Source of the DNA: Desulfatiglandales bacterium
GTDB taxonomy: Bacteria > Desulfobacterota > DSM-4660 > Desulfatiglandales > Desulfatiglandaceae
Direction: 5' to 3'
DNA: 64,000 nucleotides
Assembly: GCA_963662465.1 (NCBI GenBank)
Contig: OY759599.1
Location: 3,616,001-3,680,000, forward strand
Made by a program: the position numbers and the translations under genes. This document shows, in pieces, positions 10,536 to 20,676 of the stretch; the stretch's first letter is position 1; each line of letters begins with the position of its first letter. A model generated the notes under the pieces. The model was given only the letters and a program-made list of their open reading frames with translations. It was not told where the DNA came from and did no database searches.

Positions 10536-11467
10536 AAACAAAGAAAGAGATCCTGCTCGTTGCCCTTGGCGGCAATGCACTGGTGGGGAAAAACCAGGAA
10601 GGCACCACGGAAGAACAGCTGGAAAACCTGAAAACCCCCGTAAAACAAATTGCCGCCCTTTCCAGCCGATACAGAATCATCATCACCCATGGAAACGCCC
10701 CCCAGGTGGGGAACCTGCTGCTCCAGCAGGAGTGTTGCCATACCGCCCCCCGGCTTCCCCTGGAAATACTGGTGGCCCAAACCCAGGGACAAATCGGCTA
10801 TATGATCGAATCGACGCTGGACGCCGCCCTCATGGAAACCGGGCACGATACCCGCACCTATTTCGTAAGCCTTCTCAGCTACGTTGTGGTGGACCCGCAT
10901 GATCCTGCTTTCCTGAACCCCACCAAACCCATCGGCCCCATCTATTCGAAAGAGAAGGCAGCTGCCCTTCCCTTCCCCACAAAAAAGACGGCCAAGGGAT
11001 ATCGGCGGGTGGTCGCCTCCCCCGCTCCAGTCACCATCGTAGAAAAACGCGAGATCAAAAAACTGATGGACATGGATTTTATGGTCATCTGCTGTGGCGG
11101 AGGGGGTATTCCCGTCATCCGGGAGGAAAGGAGTTTCTGTGGTGTTGACGCGGTCATCGATAAGGACCTGGCGAGCGCCAAGCTGGCGGAAGAGGTGGGC
11201 GTCGACATTTTTCTCATGGCAACGGATGTGGAAGGAGCGGCCCTTCGGTATGGACGCAAGGACCAGGCGTTCCTGCGCACCCTCACCGTGAAAGAGGCCG
11301 AATGGCGGCAAAAACAAGGGCATTTTCCGCCCGGTTCCATGGGACCCAAAGTAGAAGCCGCCGTTCAATTTGTCAAAAAAACGGGGAAAAGAGCGGTCAT
11401 TACCTCCGTAAGGAACATTGCGAAAGCTGTGACAGGAGATATGGGAACAGAAGTGATTTCGGATTAA
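10532..11467 (+). CDS. arcC: Carbamate kinase
   Basis: VALGGNAL, THGN.PQVG, PTKPIGP, YRRVVASP, AVIDKD, GSMGPKVEAA. Confidence 0.95.
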   Translation: MKTKKEILLVALGGNALVGKNQEGTTEEQLENLKTPVKQIAALSSRYRIIITHGNAPQVGNLLLQQECCHTAPRLPLEILVAQTQGQIGYMIESTLDAALMETGHDTRTYFVSLLSYVVVDPHDPAFLNPTKPIGPIYSKEKAAALPFPTKKTAKGYRRVVASPAPVTIVEKREIKKLMDMDFMVICCGGGGIPVIREERSFCGVDAVIDKDLASAKLAEEVGVDIFLMATDVEGAALRYGRKDQAFLRTLTVKEAEWRQKQGHFPPGSMGPKVEAAVQFVKKTGKRAVITSVRNIAKAVTGDMGTEVISD

Positions 11468-11612
11468 AAAAAACCTTTTATGTTCCCAATAACCCTTATT
11501 CCCGTCTGCTCATGTACATGCCGGCTCGGGTAAAAGCGTCCTTTTCAAAAATTCAAACCTCTTTTCCCGTCATGGCGCCATAATTTATGTTATTTAATCC
11601 AAAATTTTTCTC

Positions 11613-11640
11613 TTGACAGATAAACAATGATGTTTATTTT
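11613..11640 (+). promoter_or_regulatory. Putative sigma70 promoter of the hsp20 pair with an overlapping inverted repeat
   Basis: TTGACA at 11613-11618 followed by ATAAACA-ATGA-TGTTTAT (11620-11637); -10 weak. Confidence 0.4.
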
Positions 11641-11725
11641 TTTGAAAATACGCAATATCTGCGTAACTTTCTGTTTTAATTAACCTATTTTTCATATGGA
11701 GTTTTTTTGGAAGGAGGGTTGAATT

Positions 11726-12190
11726 ATGATTTTCAGAAGGATGAACAGTTGGCCAACATGGCATTTTGGAGATCAATGGGATCAAACGGATCGACTGAGA
11801 AAAGCGTTAAATACCCTCACCGAAAGTCTATCCGGCAGGGATTTTGGAGAACCTTCAGCGGGCGTCTTTCCATTGATGAATGTGACCGAAGATACAAACC
11901 ATTTCTATATTCGCGCCGAGCTTCCGGGAATAAAAGCCAACGAACTGAACATTTCCGTCACCGGCGACAGTTTTTCTATTTCAGGGGAGAGGAAAACGCC
12001 CCAAGAGCAGGAAAATTCGAAATACCACCGAAGAGAACGGGAATTCGGCAAGTTCAGTAGAATCATGAATTTACCGTCGCAGGTGGACACCAACAAGGTT
12101 GAAGCCGCCATGGTGAACGGCATTCTTAAAGTTACATTGGCCAAAAGCGAAGCGGCAAAACCAAAGCAGATTACGGTAGCAGGCGTGTAG
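11726..12190 (+). CDS. Small heat-shock protein Hsp20/alpha-crystallin
   Basis: FPLMNV.E, AELPG, YHRRERE.GKFSR, NGILKVTL. Confidence 0.95.
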   Translation: MIFRRMNSWPTWHFGDQWDQTDRLRKALNTLTESLSGRDFGEPSAGVFPLMNVTEDTNHFYIRAELPGIKANELNISVTGDSFSISGERKTPQEQENSKYHRREREFGKFSRIMNLPSQVDTNKVEAAMVNGILKVTLAKSEAAKPKQITVAGV

Positions 12191-12222
12191 GAAATATTTA
12201 TCAAGGAAAGGGGGTCGTAAAA

Positions 12223-12633
12223 ATGACGGATACGGAAAGCAAAGCCTTACAGGCAAAAGAGAAATCAGAACTGAGATCCACCGCCGAAGAAACAAAACCG
12301 GGCCCCATCTTTACCCCGGCCGTGGATATCTTTGAAACGGAGAAGGCCCTTACGCTGCTGGCGGACATGCCGGGTATTCAGGCGAAGGATCTGAGCATTG
12401 ACCTAAGAGAAGGTGTTCTGGCGCTTTCGACCCATGTGCCGTTAGAGGGAACGTCTGAAGAGATGGACTTGCTGAGGGAATACCAGACCGGAAACTACTA
12501 CCGAAAATTCAATTTGTCCGATATAATTGATCAGTCCAGAATTGAAGCCAAATTAACTGACGGTGTTTTGAGGTTGACGTTGCCCAAAATTGAGGCGGCG
12601 GCACCTCGAAGGATTGAAGTAAAGACCGGATAG
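12223..12633 (+). CDS. Small heat-shock protein Hsp20/alpha-crystallin
   Basis: PAVDIFET, ADMPG, YYRKF.L, DGVLRLTLPK. Confidence 0.95.
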   Translation: MTDTESKALQAKEKSELRSTAEETKPGPIFTPAVDIFETEKALTLLADMPGIQAKDLSIDLREGVLALSTHVPLEGTSEEMDLLREYQTGNYYRKFNLSDIIDQSRIEAKLTDGVLRLTLPKIEAAAPRRIEVKTG

Positions 12634-12665
12634 CCTTTCATCCACATAACCCGAAAAATCGTATA

Positions 12666-12700
12666 AAACCCCGGTGGGGAGATAATGCCCGTCGGGGTTT
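12666..12700. terminator. Hairpin between convergent genes, probable terminator
   Basis: AAACCCCGGTGGG ... CCCGTCGGGGTTT 13-bp stem with G-U pairs. Confidence 0.55.
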
Positions 12701-12717
12701 CATTAAAAAATTCAAGA

Positions 12718-13417
12718 TCAATCACTTCGGGAACGCACCGCAAAAACCCGCTCATTGCAGGAATTGCCGCGAAAAATATACCCCCTGTAACCGTGGCCGA
12801 AGGAAAAGCTCCTCGCCTCGGCTGAACCCTCAAGTTCTCCTGACCAAACCCACCATCCTCGGGTCTTCAAATGGGGCGTCATATTCCGCAAACCCGTCCC
12901 TTTTTTGTAAAGACTTTCCAGTTCATCCAAGGTCGGCATTCTCCAACCGCCGCCGTCGATGTCGAGACTTTGCACCCAGGAGTTTGCTTCATCCCAAGTT
13001 GTGTTCTTATCAGGACCGGCAAGCCACTCAAGACCCATACGGGTGTCCCGTACGATCCCATTGGCGAAAACCAAATAAACCCCATCCCGATTGGCGGGAT
13101 TGGACCTGAAGGTAGGTGGTACGCGTATTTTATAGTCATCCCTTTTTGCAGTTGTGCTAACATGACTTGATTCGTCATTAGCAAAAAAAGAACGGCAATA
13201 AAAATAATGGCTTTCATTGTCTTCATAAAGACTTTCCGGCATAAACCCCATCCCGATTGGCGGGATTGGACCTGAAGGTAGGTGGTACGCGTATTTTATA
13301 GTCATCCCTTTTTGCAGTTGTCAATGAATCTTGATTTTCTGCTTGTGCTAACATGACTTGATTCGTCATTAGCAAAAAAAGAACGGCAATAAAAATAATG
13401 GCTTTCATTGTCTTCAT
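12718..13417 (-). pseudogene. Secreted DUF1566/Lcl-like domain protein disrupted by an internal duplication
   Basis: GGAGG RBS plus signal peptide MKTMKAIIFIAVLFLL at 13417; domain motifs NGIVRDTRMGLEW, TWDEA, GWRMPTLDEL, WVWS, RVFAVR; no single frame joins the two parts. Confidence 0.7.
13075..13417. repeat. Near-tandem direct duplication (152 bp + 14 bp linker + 177 bp)
   Basis: 13075-13226 equals 13241-13417 except for a 25-bp deletion between TTGT microhomologies. Confidence 0.95.
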
Positions 13418-13894
13418 GGCATTCCTCCATTGTCTTGGGCTTTGATCATAATGGCATCACATCCTACGAGACAAAATCCCCCCGAGACCTTTAAAAAAGA
13501 TAATTGACCAAATAGGTTGGAATGGATCATAGTGTAAAATTGTTTGAAGGAAAACATAAAATAGATGAAAAGTAAAGTGCGTAGAGAGGAATTTTAACTG
13601 GATATTGCCAATAAAGGAGACCCTCGGCTTATTTGTCCTGGATCGTCTGGGGATTGGGCGCCACTTTTAACCGACCACATTTGGGATGATGAAAAGAGAC
13701 GGTTGAAGCATTTATAAAAACGTGTTGGAATATTTTTTTTCATCGGAATCAAAAACACATTGACCTATGGTATGACTTTCAGGCAAAATAGAGATTAACT
13801 GTATTTTCAGAGTAGGGTTGTAACCGTGCTATTGATGTTGAGTAGGCGGTCAAAACATAAATGGGCTTTTGGCTCAAAATTCTAAGGAGGAAGA

Positions 13895-15079
13895 ATGATG
13901 AAAAGAAACAGCTATTGGAAGGTTCTCTTGTTTGGCTTAATGGGTTTACTTCTGGCCGCCTGCGCCACGACAAAACCCGTGGCGCCATTCAACGCGCTTG
14001 ATCTTAACCCCATGTTGCAGAGCGGGGACTATGTGCTCAAGGCTAATAATTTCATGGTCATCCTTGATAAATCCGGATCCATGGGGGAAATGTACAAAGG
14101 AAACCTCAAACTGGATTGTGCCAAAGACTTGGCAAGCGGCTTCAGCCATACCGTTCCCAACGCTAATATCACCGGCGCCCTCAGAACGTTTGGTAAAAAA
14201 GAAAATATGAGTTCCGTAATGACGGAACTTCTGTGGGGACCGGCAACCCAAAACAACGCCGCATTTGACGCCGGTCTGAACAAAATCGGATTCAGTAACG
14301 GCGAAAGCCCCTTGAACCTTGCACTGGATGCAGCAGCTCAAGATTTCAAATCCGCTCAAGGCAATGTCGCGCTTGTCATTTTTACGGATGCCAACGAGGA
14401 CGTCATGAACTATGACGCCGTGAAAAAATCCGTTATGGCTCTGAAAAGTCAGTATGGCGACAGGCTTTGCATCTATCCCGTACTCATCGGCGACGACAAA
14501 GAAGCCGCAAAGTTCCTGGGACAGGTTGCGGAAGATGGGAAATGCGGATTCATGGTCAAGGGCGATGATATCGCCTCCAGCAAAGGCATGGCCGATTTCG
14601 TGGCAAACGTCTTCTTGCAGCAGGCGCCGCCGGCAGTCGTGGAAGAAGTGGTGATCATTCTGGATTCCGACGGCGACGGCGTGCCCGACAACCTGGACAA
14701 ATGTCCGGGAACCCCTAAAGGCGCCAAGGTCAACGAGTTTGGATGCTGGGTATTGGGAGAAATCCTGTTTGACTTTGACAAATACAACATCAAACCCGAA
14801 TATTACGGCTTCCTGGACGATGCCACCAAGGTGTTCGAAATGAATCCCTCCATGAGAGTAGAGGTTCAAGGAAACACAGACAATATCGGAACCAAGAAAT
14901 ACAACAAGAAGCTCTCCATGGAGCGTGCAAATGCCGTGTTGCAGTATCTGGTCAAAAAAGGCATCGCTCAAAGCCGATTGACCGCCAGGGGCTTCGGTTT
15001 TTCACGTCCCGTAGCCACCAATGACACAGCTGAAGGACGCGCCCTGAACAGAAGGGTTGAGCTGACACCTATGCCGTAA
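13895..15079 (+). CDS. OmpA-family lipoprotein with vWA domain and Ca-binding TSP3-like repeat
   Basis: Lipobox LAAC, MIDAS DKSGS, DSDGDGVPDNLDKCP, OmpA C-terminus LFDFDK/GNTD/LSMERA/NRRVEL. Confidence 0.9.
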   Translation: MMKRNSYWKVLLFGLMGLLLAACATTKPVAPFNALDLNPMLQSGDYVLKANNFMVILDKSGSMGEMYKGNLKLDCAKDLASGFSHTVPNANITGALRTFGKKENMSSVMTELLWGPATQNNAAFDAGLNKIGFSNGESPLNLALDAAAQDFKSAQGNVALVIFTDANEDVMNYDAVKKSVMALKSQYGDRLCIYPVLIGDDKEAAKFLGQVAEDGKCGFMVKGDDIASSKGMADFVANVFLQQAPPAVVEEVVIILDSDGDGVPDNLDKCPGTPKGAKVNEFGCWVLGEILFDFDKYNIKPEYYGFLDDATKVFEMNPSMRVEVQGNTDNIGTKKYNKKLSMERANAVLQYLVKKGIAQSRLTARGFGFSRPVATNDTAEGRALNRRVELTPMP

Positions 15080-15112
15080 AATCGGTTAGGACACTTTAAA
15101 CCATTAACCACA

Positions 15113-15165
15113 AACATGGGGATCGGGTACTCTGTTATGTACCCGGTCCCCATGTTATTTTTTAT
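15113..15165 (+). terminator. Intrinsic terminator between the ompA-like gene and usp
   Basis: 18-bp stem AACATGGGGATCGGGTAC / GTACCCGGTCCCCATGTT followed by a T-rich tract. Confidence 0.8.
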
Positions 15166-15195
15166 TCACCGTAAACTGCAAATCACAACAGGTTG

Positions 15196-16104
15196 TTATT
15201 CTTTCGGCCGTACCGAGAGAACTGGACAGGGCGCCTGCCGGACAACGCGGTCCGTGGTTGACCCCACCAGAAGCGACTCCATAACGCTGTGCCCTCGAAC
15301 CCCCAGCACAATCAAATCCACCTCATTCACCACAGCATACTTGGTAAGCTCATCGGAAGGGTGTCCCGCCAGAAGCAGTGTTTCCGGGATACACCACTGT
15401 TTTGCATCCTCGGGTACCATATCTTCAAGCTTTTGGGTCAACTTCTCTCTCAATCCTTCCCGACCGGAATCGGACGCCCCCGCCGTCGAGGACAACATGT
15501 CTTTATAAATCCTCGGCTCCAGCACATGCGCCAGATACAATTCCGCTTGAAATTCCTGGGCCAGACTGAGCCCATACTTCACCGCCAGATCGGAATCGGC
15601 GGAAAAGTCACACCCCACCAGAATCCTTTTGAGTTTTATCTCTGCCGTAACAGGCGCCGCCGGCTCCCGTTCCAAACTCCGCACAATATACATGGGACAG
15701 GGGAGTGTTCGCATTAAGCGCTCCGTCACGGATCCCAGGATCAGCCGCTTCAATCCGGAACGGCCGTGGGTAGCGGAAACCACTAGATCGGCGCCCTTTT
15801 CTTTGGCAATCATAGCAATTTCATCGGCCGTATGCCCCACGGAGGTCAGTGATTCCCAAATGATATCCGTATCTCCAATCAAATCTTCCAGATGCTTGTG
15901 CGCATAATCGGTAATTTTGGATTCCAGCATCAAAGGATCCGAGAATCCCTCCCCGTACATGGCAACAGAAGACAAATCAATTACATGACACAAATAGAGC
16001 TTGGCGCCGAACTCCTTGGCCAGGGCAACGCCAAAAGGGACGGCGCGGTTTGAAAAATCTGAAAAATCAGTGGTACAAACAATTGTTTTAATATCAATTT
16101 TCAT
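15196..16104 (-). CDS. Universal stress protein, tandem Usp domains
   Basis: Two copies of DFS...A and G..G....L.GS.T.R...PCP motifs. Confidence 0.95.
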   Translation of the reverse strand: MKIDIKTIVCTTDFSDFSNRAVPFGVALAKEFGAKLYLCHVIDLSSVAMYGEGFSDPLMLESKITDYAHKHLEDLIGDTDIIWESLTSVGHTADEIAMIAKEKGADLVVSATHGRSGLKRLILGSVTERLMRTLPCPMYIVRSLEREPAAPVTAEIKLKRILVGCDFSADSDLAVKYGLSLAQEFQAELYLAHVLEPRIYKDMLSSTAGASDSGREGLREKLTQKLEDMVPEDAKQWCIPETLLLAGHPSDELTKYAVVNEVDLIVLGVRGHSVMESLLVGSTTDRVVRQAPCPVLSVRPKE

Positions 16105-16299
16105 AGCTCAATACCTCCTTTCTCGTTGTTTCTCATAACAGAATTTCTTTAAACTAAAAAACCCCGCAAAAATCTAAGCAACCGACAATTCTCCATTCGG
16201 GAACCACCGGTTGCCGAAGCCACCCTTAACTGAAAAAACATTCATTTGCCTAAAAGCAACCCTTTGCCCGCAACAACACAGATCCCATGGCCGCAGGCG

Positions 16300-16593
16300 C
16301 TACATTTCATGATAAACCGGTTTTTTCATTTCTGAAAAAGGGAAATTATAAAAGACATTATGCCCATCATAATCCATTACCCGTAAATCATCTGACTGTT
16401 TGAGATCGCCCATGACCACCTCAAAATGCTTGCCGTATTTTTTCTTGACACTTTCGATCGGAACCTCGGAGGCAATAAATTTCTTAATCCCCTTGGCCGC
16501 TAGTTTTCCCACAAATTTTTCATCGTCAAAAGATGCATAACTGGTTAAAATCAGTATCGGACCTGTTCCTCCAAAAATAATACCCGCTATCAT
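16300..16593 (-). CDS. Conserved-looking small hypothetical protein
   Basis: AAAGGAGG RBS before ATG 16593; 97 aa. Confidence 0.7.
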   Translation of the reverse strand: MIAGIIFGGTGPILILTSYASFDDEKFVGKLAAKGIKKFIASEVPIESVKKKYGKHFEVVMGDLKQSDDLRVMDYDGHNVFYNFPFSEMKKPVYHEM

Positions 16594-16736
16594 GACAATT
16601 CCTCCTTTCAATAGTTAAGGGCGGCGGTTTCCCGTATCTTTTCGTGGACGGCTTTAATCCAACAGCCTTCCGAATATCCGGTTTCAGCGAAGATCCTACC
16701 ACAAAATCCAGAATTGCACTTATATAGAGCATCCCA

Positions 16737-16913
16737 TCAGGGAATGAGGGCCAGCCAGAGGATAAATGTCCCCGAGGAAATGATGGTGCAAAGAGAAATG
16801 GCCGCATTGGCAAAATCCGGATCCCCCTTCATTTCCTTTGCCATTACATAAGTGACGGTAGCAGTGGGGGATGCCAGCAGAATAATCCCCGGCAAATAAT
16901 CCACGGCTATTGA
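16737..16913 (-). pseudogene. 3' remnant of an AEC (auxin efflux carrier) family transporter
   Basis: Unlisted frame reads IAVDYLPGIILLASPTATVTYVMAKEMKGDPDFANAAISLCTIISSGTFILWLALIP*, an AEC-type C-terminus; in-frame TAG directly upstream. Confidence 0.75.
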
Positions 16914-16938
16914 CTAAAGACATGATCTGAAGTATAAA
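16910..16938 (+). promoter_or_regulatory. Putative sigma70 promoter of aspS-gatC/gatA/gatB
   Basis: TTGACT-17 nt-TATAAA. Confidence 0.6.
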
Positions 16939-17040
16939 AACGGATTTTATTCATTCTGTTCAAGGGTGTATTTTTAGCGGTTTTATTCAGCCATAACAGG
17001 TCTACATCACTAAGGGACCGGAAACAGTCAGGGGATTTTG

Positions 17041-19211
17041 ATGACTTGGAAAGAAAGGGCATATTGCGGCGCGTTGACCGCTTTAGATGCAGGGAAATCA
17101 GTGCTGCTCATGGGCTGGGTCGATGCCATACGGGACCATGGCAACATTCTTTTTTTTCATATGAGGGATGTGCGCGGCATTGTTCAGGTGGTTTTTGATC
17201 CGAAAGAAGACAGCGCGTTTATAATGCAGCATCCCTGATACGCGAAGAGTATGTGATTGAGGTGCGAGGCCGGGTGACCCTGAGGCGAAAAGACGCCCTG
17301 AACCCCGCCCTGCCGACGGGTCAAATTGAAGTATTGGCCACGGGGTTGAGAATATTGGCAAAATCAAAAACCATGCCCTTTCAGATCAGTGAAAAGGCCA
17401 TGGTATTCGGCGAGGAGATTCAAGCCGGCCCCGAGAATGTGGATGAAGAAATAAGGCTCAGATACCGATACCTGGATCTTCGCAGGCCTTCCGTACAGGA
17501 CACCTTTATTAAACGATACCGGATCATCAAATGTATTCGAGATTTCCTGGATCCCTTAAACTTCATTGAAATCGAAACCCCTTTTCTGACCCGAAGCACC
17601 CCTGAAGGGGCAAGGGATTACCTGGTTCCCAGTCGGGTTCATCACGGAAAGTTTTATGCCCTGCCCCAATCGCCGCAACTGTTTAAACAACTGCTCATGA
17701 TCGGCGGCATGGACCGATATTTTCAGATTGCACGATGCTTTCGCGATGAAGACCTGCGGCCCAATCGACAACCGGAGTTTACCCAACTGGACCTGGAGGC
17801 TTCCTTTATTGACGAAGAATTCATCTATGAAACCATTGAAGCATTGATCGTCCAAATGTTTGCCATCGGCGACATAGCACTTCAAAGGCCCTTTCCCAGG
17901 ATGACTTACGAGACAGCCATGAATCTTTATGGAACGGACCGGCCGGACCTCCGTTTTGGTATGGCTTTTGTGGATGTAACGAATATTTTTCAGAACACCG
18001 ACTACGCCATATTCCGACAAATCATCGACAAGGGAGGAGAAATCAGAGGATTCTCCGTCAAAGACCCGACTGGCGCCCTCAGCAAAAATATCCTGCAAAA
18101 TGATTATGCAAAAACCATCGTGCCCCGATTCGGCGCAAAGGGATTGAGCTGGATGAAGGTATTTGACGGAAAACTGCAATCCAATATCGTCCAGTTTTTC
18201 AGTCCCGGGGAACAGGAAGGACTGATGGAATGTTTCGGGGCCCAGGACGGAGATGTCCTCATGATGATTGCCGATGAATCCGGCGACCTGGTCAAAAAAG
18301 TACTCGGAAGACTTCGACGCCATGTGGCTGAACGACTGAACCTGATTCCCGAAGACCAATGGCGACCCCTTTGGGTCACGGATTTTCCCCTCTTTGAATT
18401 GAAGGACGGCCAAATCGGAAGCCAGCATCATCCCTTTACCATGCCCGACAAAACGGATTTTGATCCCGATAATATGGCAGCGCTTCAGGCCCTTAATTCA
18501 AGGGCGTATGATCTGGTCATGAACGGCGAGGAACTGGGCGGCGGCAGCATCCGTATCCACAGCATGGATATTCAGAAAAAGATCTTTCACGCCCTGGGAC
18601 TGAGCCGGGAAGAAACCACGGCCAAATTCGGTTTTTTCCTTAAAGCCCTGGAATACGGCGCCCCACCCCATGCGGGCCTGGCCCTTGGACTGGATCGCGT
18701 CATTGCCATGATACTCCGTACACCCTCCATTCGGGATGTCATCGCATTCCCCAAAAACCGTAAAGCCTTCTGCCCCTTGACCGAGGCCCCTTCCACGGCG
18801 GATAATCTCCAGCTTGAAGAGTTGGGCCTGAATATTTTCTCAGGCGTTGAGACGGAAGAATCCTTGAAAAGCTCGGGAAGATCCGCCAAAGAAACAACAC
18901 CCCCAGGCAACGTAAAAACCGAAAAAATATCCAGGGAAGAGGTCAATCACGTGGCCAAACTGGCGCGACTGAAACTTTCAGATCAAGAGACCGATTTTTT
19001 CCAAAAAGACCTCAATTCCATACTGGATTACGTGGAAACCTTAAAAGAACTCGATACGGACCACGTTTCCCCCATGAGCCACGTTCTGAACATGGACAAC
19101 GTCTGGCGGGAAGACCGGCCTGAAGCGTTCAAGGAAACGGAACCCTTGCTTCAAAACGCCCCCATGAAAGAAAAGGGCTACTACAAAGTGCCCAAAATAT
19201 TGGAAGGTTAG
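17041..19211 (+). CDS. aspS: Non-discriminating aspartyl-tRNA synthetase fused to GatC; 1-nt frameshift near 17218-17220 in this sequence
   Basis: YCG...GWVD.IRDHG anticodon domain in 17041-17238; RYRYLDLRR, TPEGARDY, LPQSPQLFKQ, GAPPHAG in 17253-19211; C-terminal ISREEVNHVAKLARL...NVWRED...NAP....YYKVPKI is GatC (about 18924-19211). Confidence 0.9.
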
Positions 19212-19215
19212 AATT

Positions 19216-20676
19216 TTGGAAAGTCAAACCACAAAACTGTGCGACCTAAGCGCCATGGAACTGGCCCGAATGCTGAGGAAGGGGGAAATCAGCGCAAGGG
19301 AAATCACCGAATCGGTTTTCAAAAGAATTGATGAGCGGGAAGACACCATCAATGCCTTTATCACCACAACCCGGGAAACCGCTTTCACCCAAGCCGATGA
19401 AGCTGACGCAAAATTCAAGCGAGGCGGCGATATTCCCCCTTTAACCGGCATCCCCATTGCGGTCAAAGACCTCCTGTGTACGAAAGGCGCCAAAACCACC
19501 TGCGGCTCCAGAATCCTTAAGGACTTTGTCCCCACCTACAATGCCACCGCCGTGAAGAAAGTTCTTGACGCCGGCGCCGTTCTGGTAGGCAAAACCAACA
19601 TGGATGAGTTCGGCATGGGATCTTCCACGGAAAACAGCATTATCGGCCCCACCCGGAACCCCGTGGACCCGGAACGGGTAGCAGGGGGCTCCAGCGGCGG
19701 TTCGGCGGCAGCCGTCGGCTCGGGCGAAAGCATTCTGGCCCTGGGCACGGATACGGGCGGGTCCATCCGTCAACCCTCAGCCTTTTGCGGCGTCACCGGC
19801 ATTAAACCCACCTACGGCAGGGTTTCCCGCTACGGCTTGATCGCCTATGCCTCGTCGCTGGATCAAATCGGCGCCATCGGAAAAACTGTTGCGGATTGTG
19901 CCATGCTGCTGAACGTCATCTGCGGCCATGACCCACGGGATACCACCTCCGCCAATGTGGCGACACCAAATTTTCTGGAAACCCCGCAACAGGATATCGA
20001 GGGCATCCGAATCGGAATTCCCGAAGAATTCTTTGCGGAAGGACTGGACTTACGCATCAAAGAGACGGTCCTTAAGGCTGTCGGTCTCCTTGAGAAGAAC
20101 GGCGCACAAATTGTTCCCATCAACCTGCCGCACAGTCCCTATGCGGTCAGCGCTTACTATCTGATCGCCACGGCTGAAGCGAGCAGCAATCTGGCGCGAT
20201 ATGACGGCGTCAAGTATGGTTTCAGAAATGAAGGGGATATGGCCGACTGCATGGAAATGTATGAAAAAACCCGAACCACCGGCTTCGGCATGGAGGTCAA
20301 ACGGAGGATCATGCTCGGCGCCTATGTTCTCTCAGCAGGCTATTACGACGCCTATTACCTGAAAGCCCAGAAAGCCAGGACATTGATCAAGCAGGATTTT
20401 GATAAAGCCTTCCAAAAGGTGGATTGCATCATGACCCCGGTTTCCCCTTGTCTGCCCTTTGCCCTGGGTGAAAAGATGACCGACCCCCTGCAGATGTATC
20501 TGGTGGACATCTACACCGTTTCCCTCAACCTGGCGGGACTCCCCGGCATGAGCCTTCCCTGCGGCAGGGTAGACAACCTGCCGGTGGGACTTCAAATCGT
20601 GGGAAAACACTTTGATGAAGAAACGGTCCTTCAGGTGGGGGCCGCCTACGAGCGAATGTATGGAACAAAGCAATAA
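19216..20676 (+). CDS. gatA: Asp/Glu-tRNA amidotransferase subunit A
   Basis: GKTNMDEFGMGSSTE, GGSSGGSAAA, GTDTGGSIRQP, EASSNLARYDG. Confidence 0.97.
   Translation: MESQTTKLCDLSAMELARMLRKGEISAREITESVFKRIDEREDTINAFITTTRETAFTQADEADAKFKRGGDIPPLTGIPIAVKDLLCTKGAKTTCGSRILKDFVPTYNATAVKKVLDAGAVLVGKTNMDEFGMGSSTENSIIGPTRNPVDPERVAGGSSGGSAAAVGSGESILALGTDTGGSIRQPSAFCGVTGIKPTYGRVSRYGLIAYASSLDQIGAIGKTVADCAMLLNVICGHDPRDTTSANVATPNFLETPQQDIEGIRIGIPEEFFAEGLDLRIKETVLKAVGLLEKNGAQIVPINLPHSPYAVSAYYLIATAEASSNLARYDGVKYGFRNEGDMADCMEMYEKTRTTGFGMEVKRRIMLGAYVLSAGYYDAYYLKAQKARTLIKQDFDKAFQKVDCIMTPVSPCLPFALGEKMTDPLQMYLVDIYTVSLNLAGLPGMSLPCGRVDNLPVGLQIVGKHFDEETVLQVGAAYERMYGTKQ

Noticed and set aside
11470..11725. CIRCE element upstream of hsp20
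   Set aside because: No TTAGCACTC-N9-GAGTGCTAA match
12718..13417. Diversity-generating retroelement (DUF1566-type target with TR/VR pair)
   Set aside because: The repeat covers the 5' end, not the C-terminal variable region, shows no adenine-specific mismatches, and no RT gene is in the window
16105..16300. c-di-GMP or other riboswitch upstream of usp
   Set aside because: GGCAAA tracts are present but the GEMM architecture could not be built
17210..17260. Programmed frameshift or Sec readthrough in aspS
   Set aside because: No slippery heptamer; reading through the TGA at 17236 gives non-AspRS sequence and another stop
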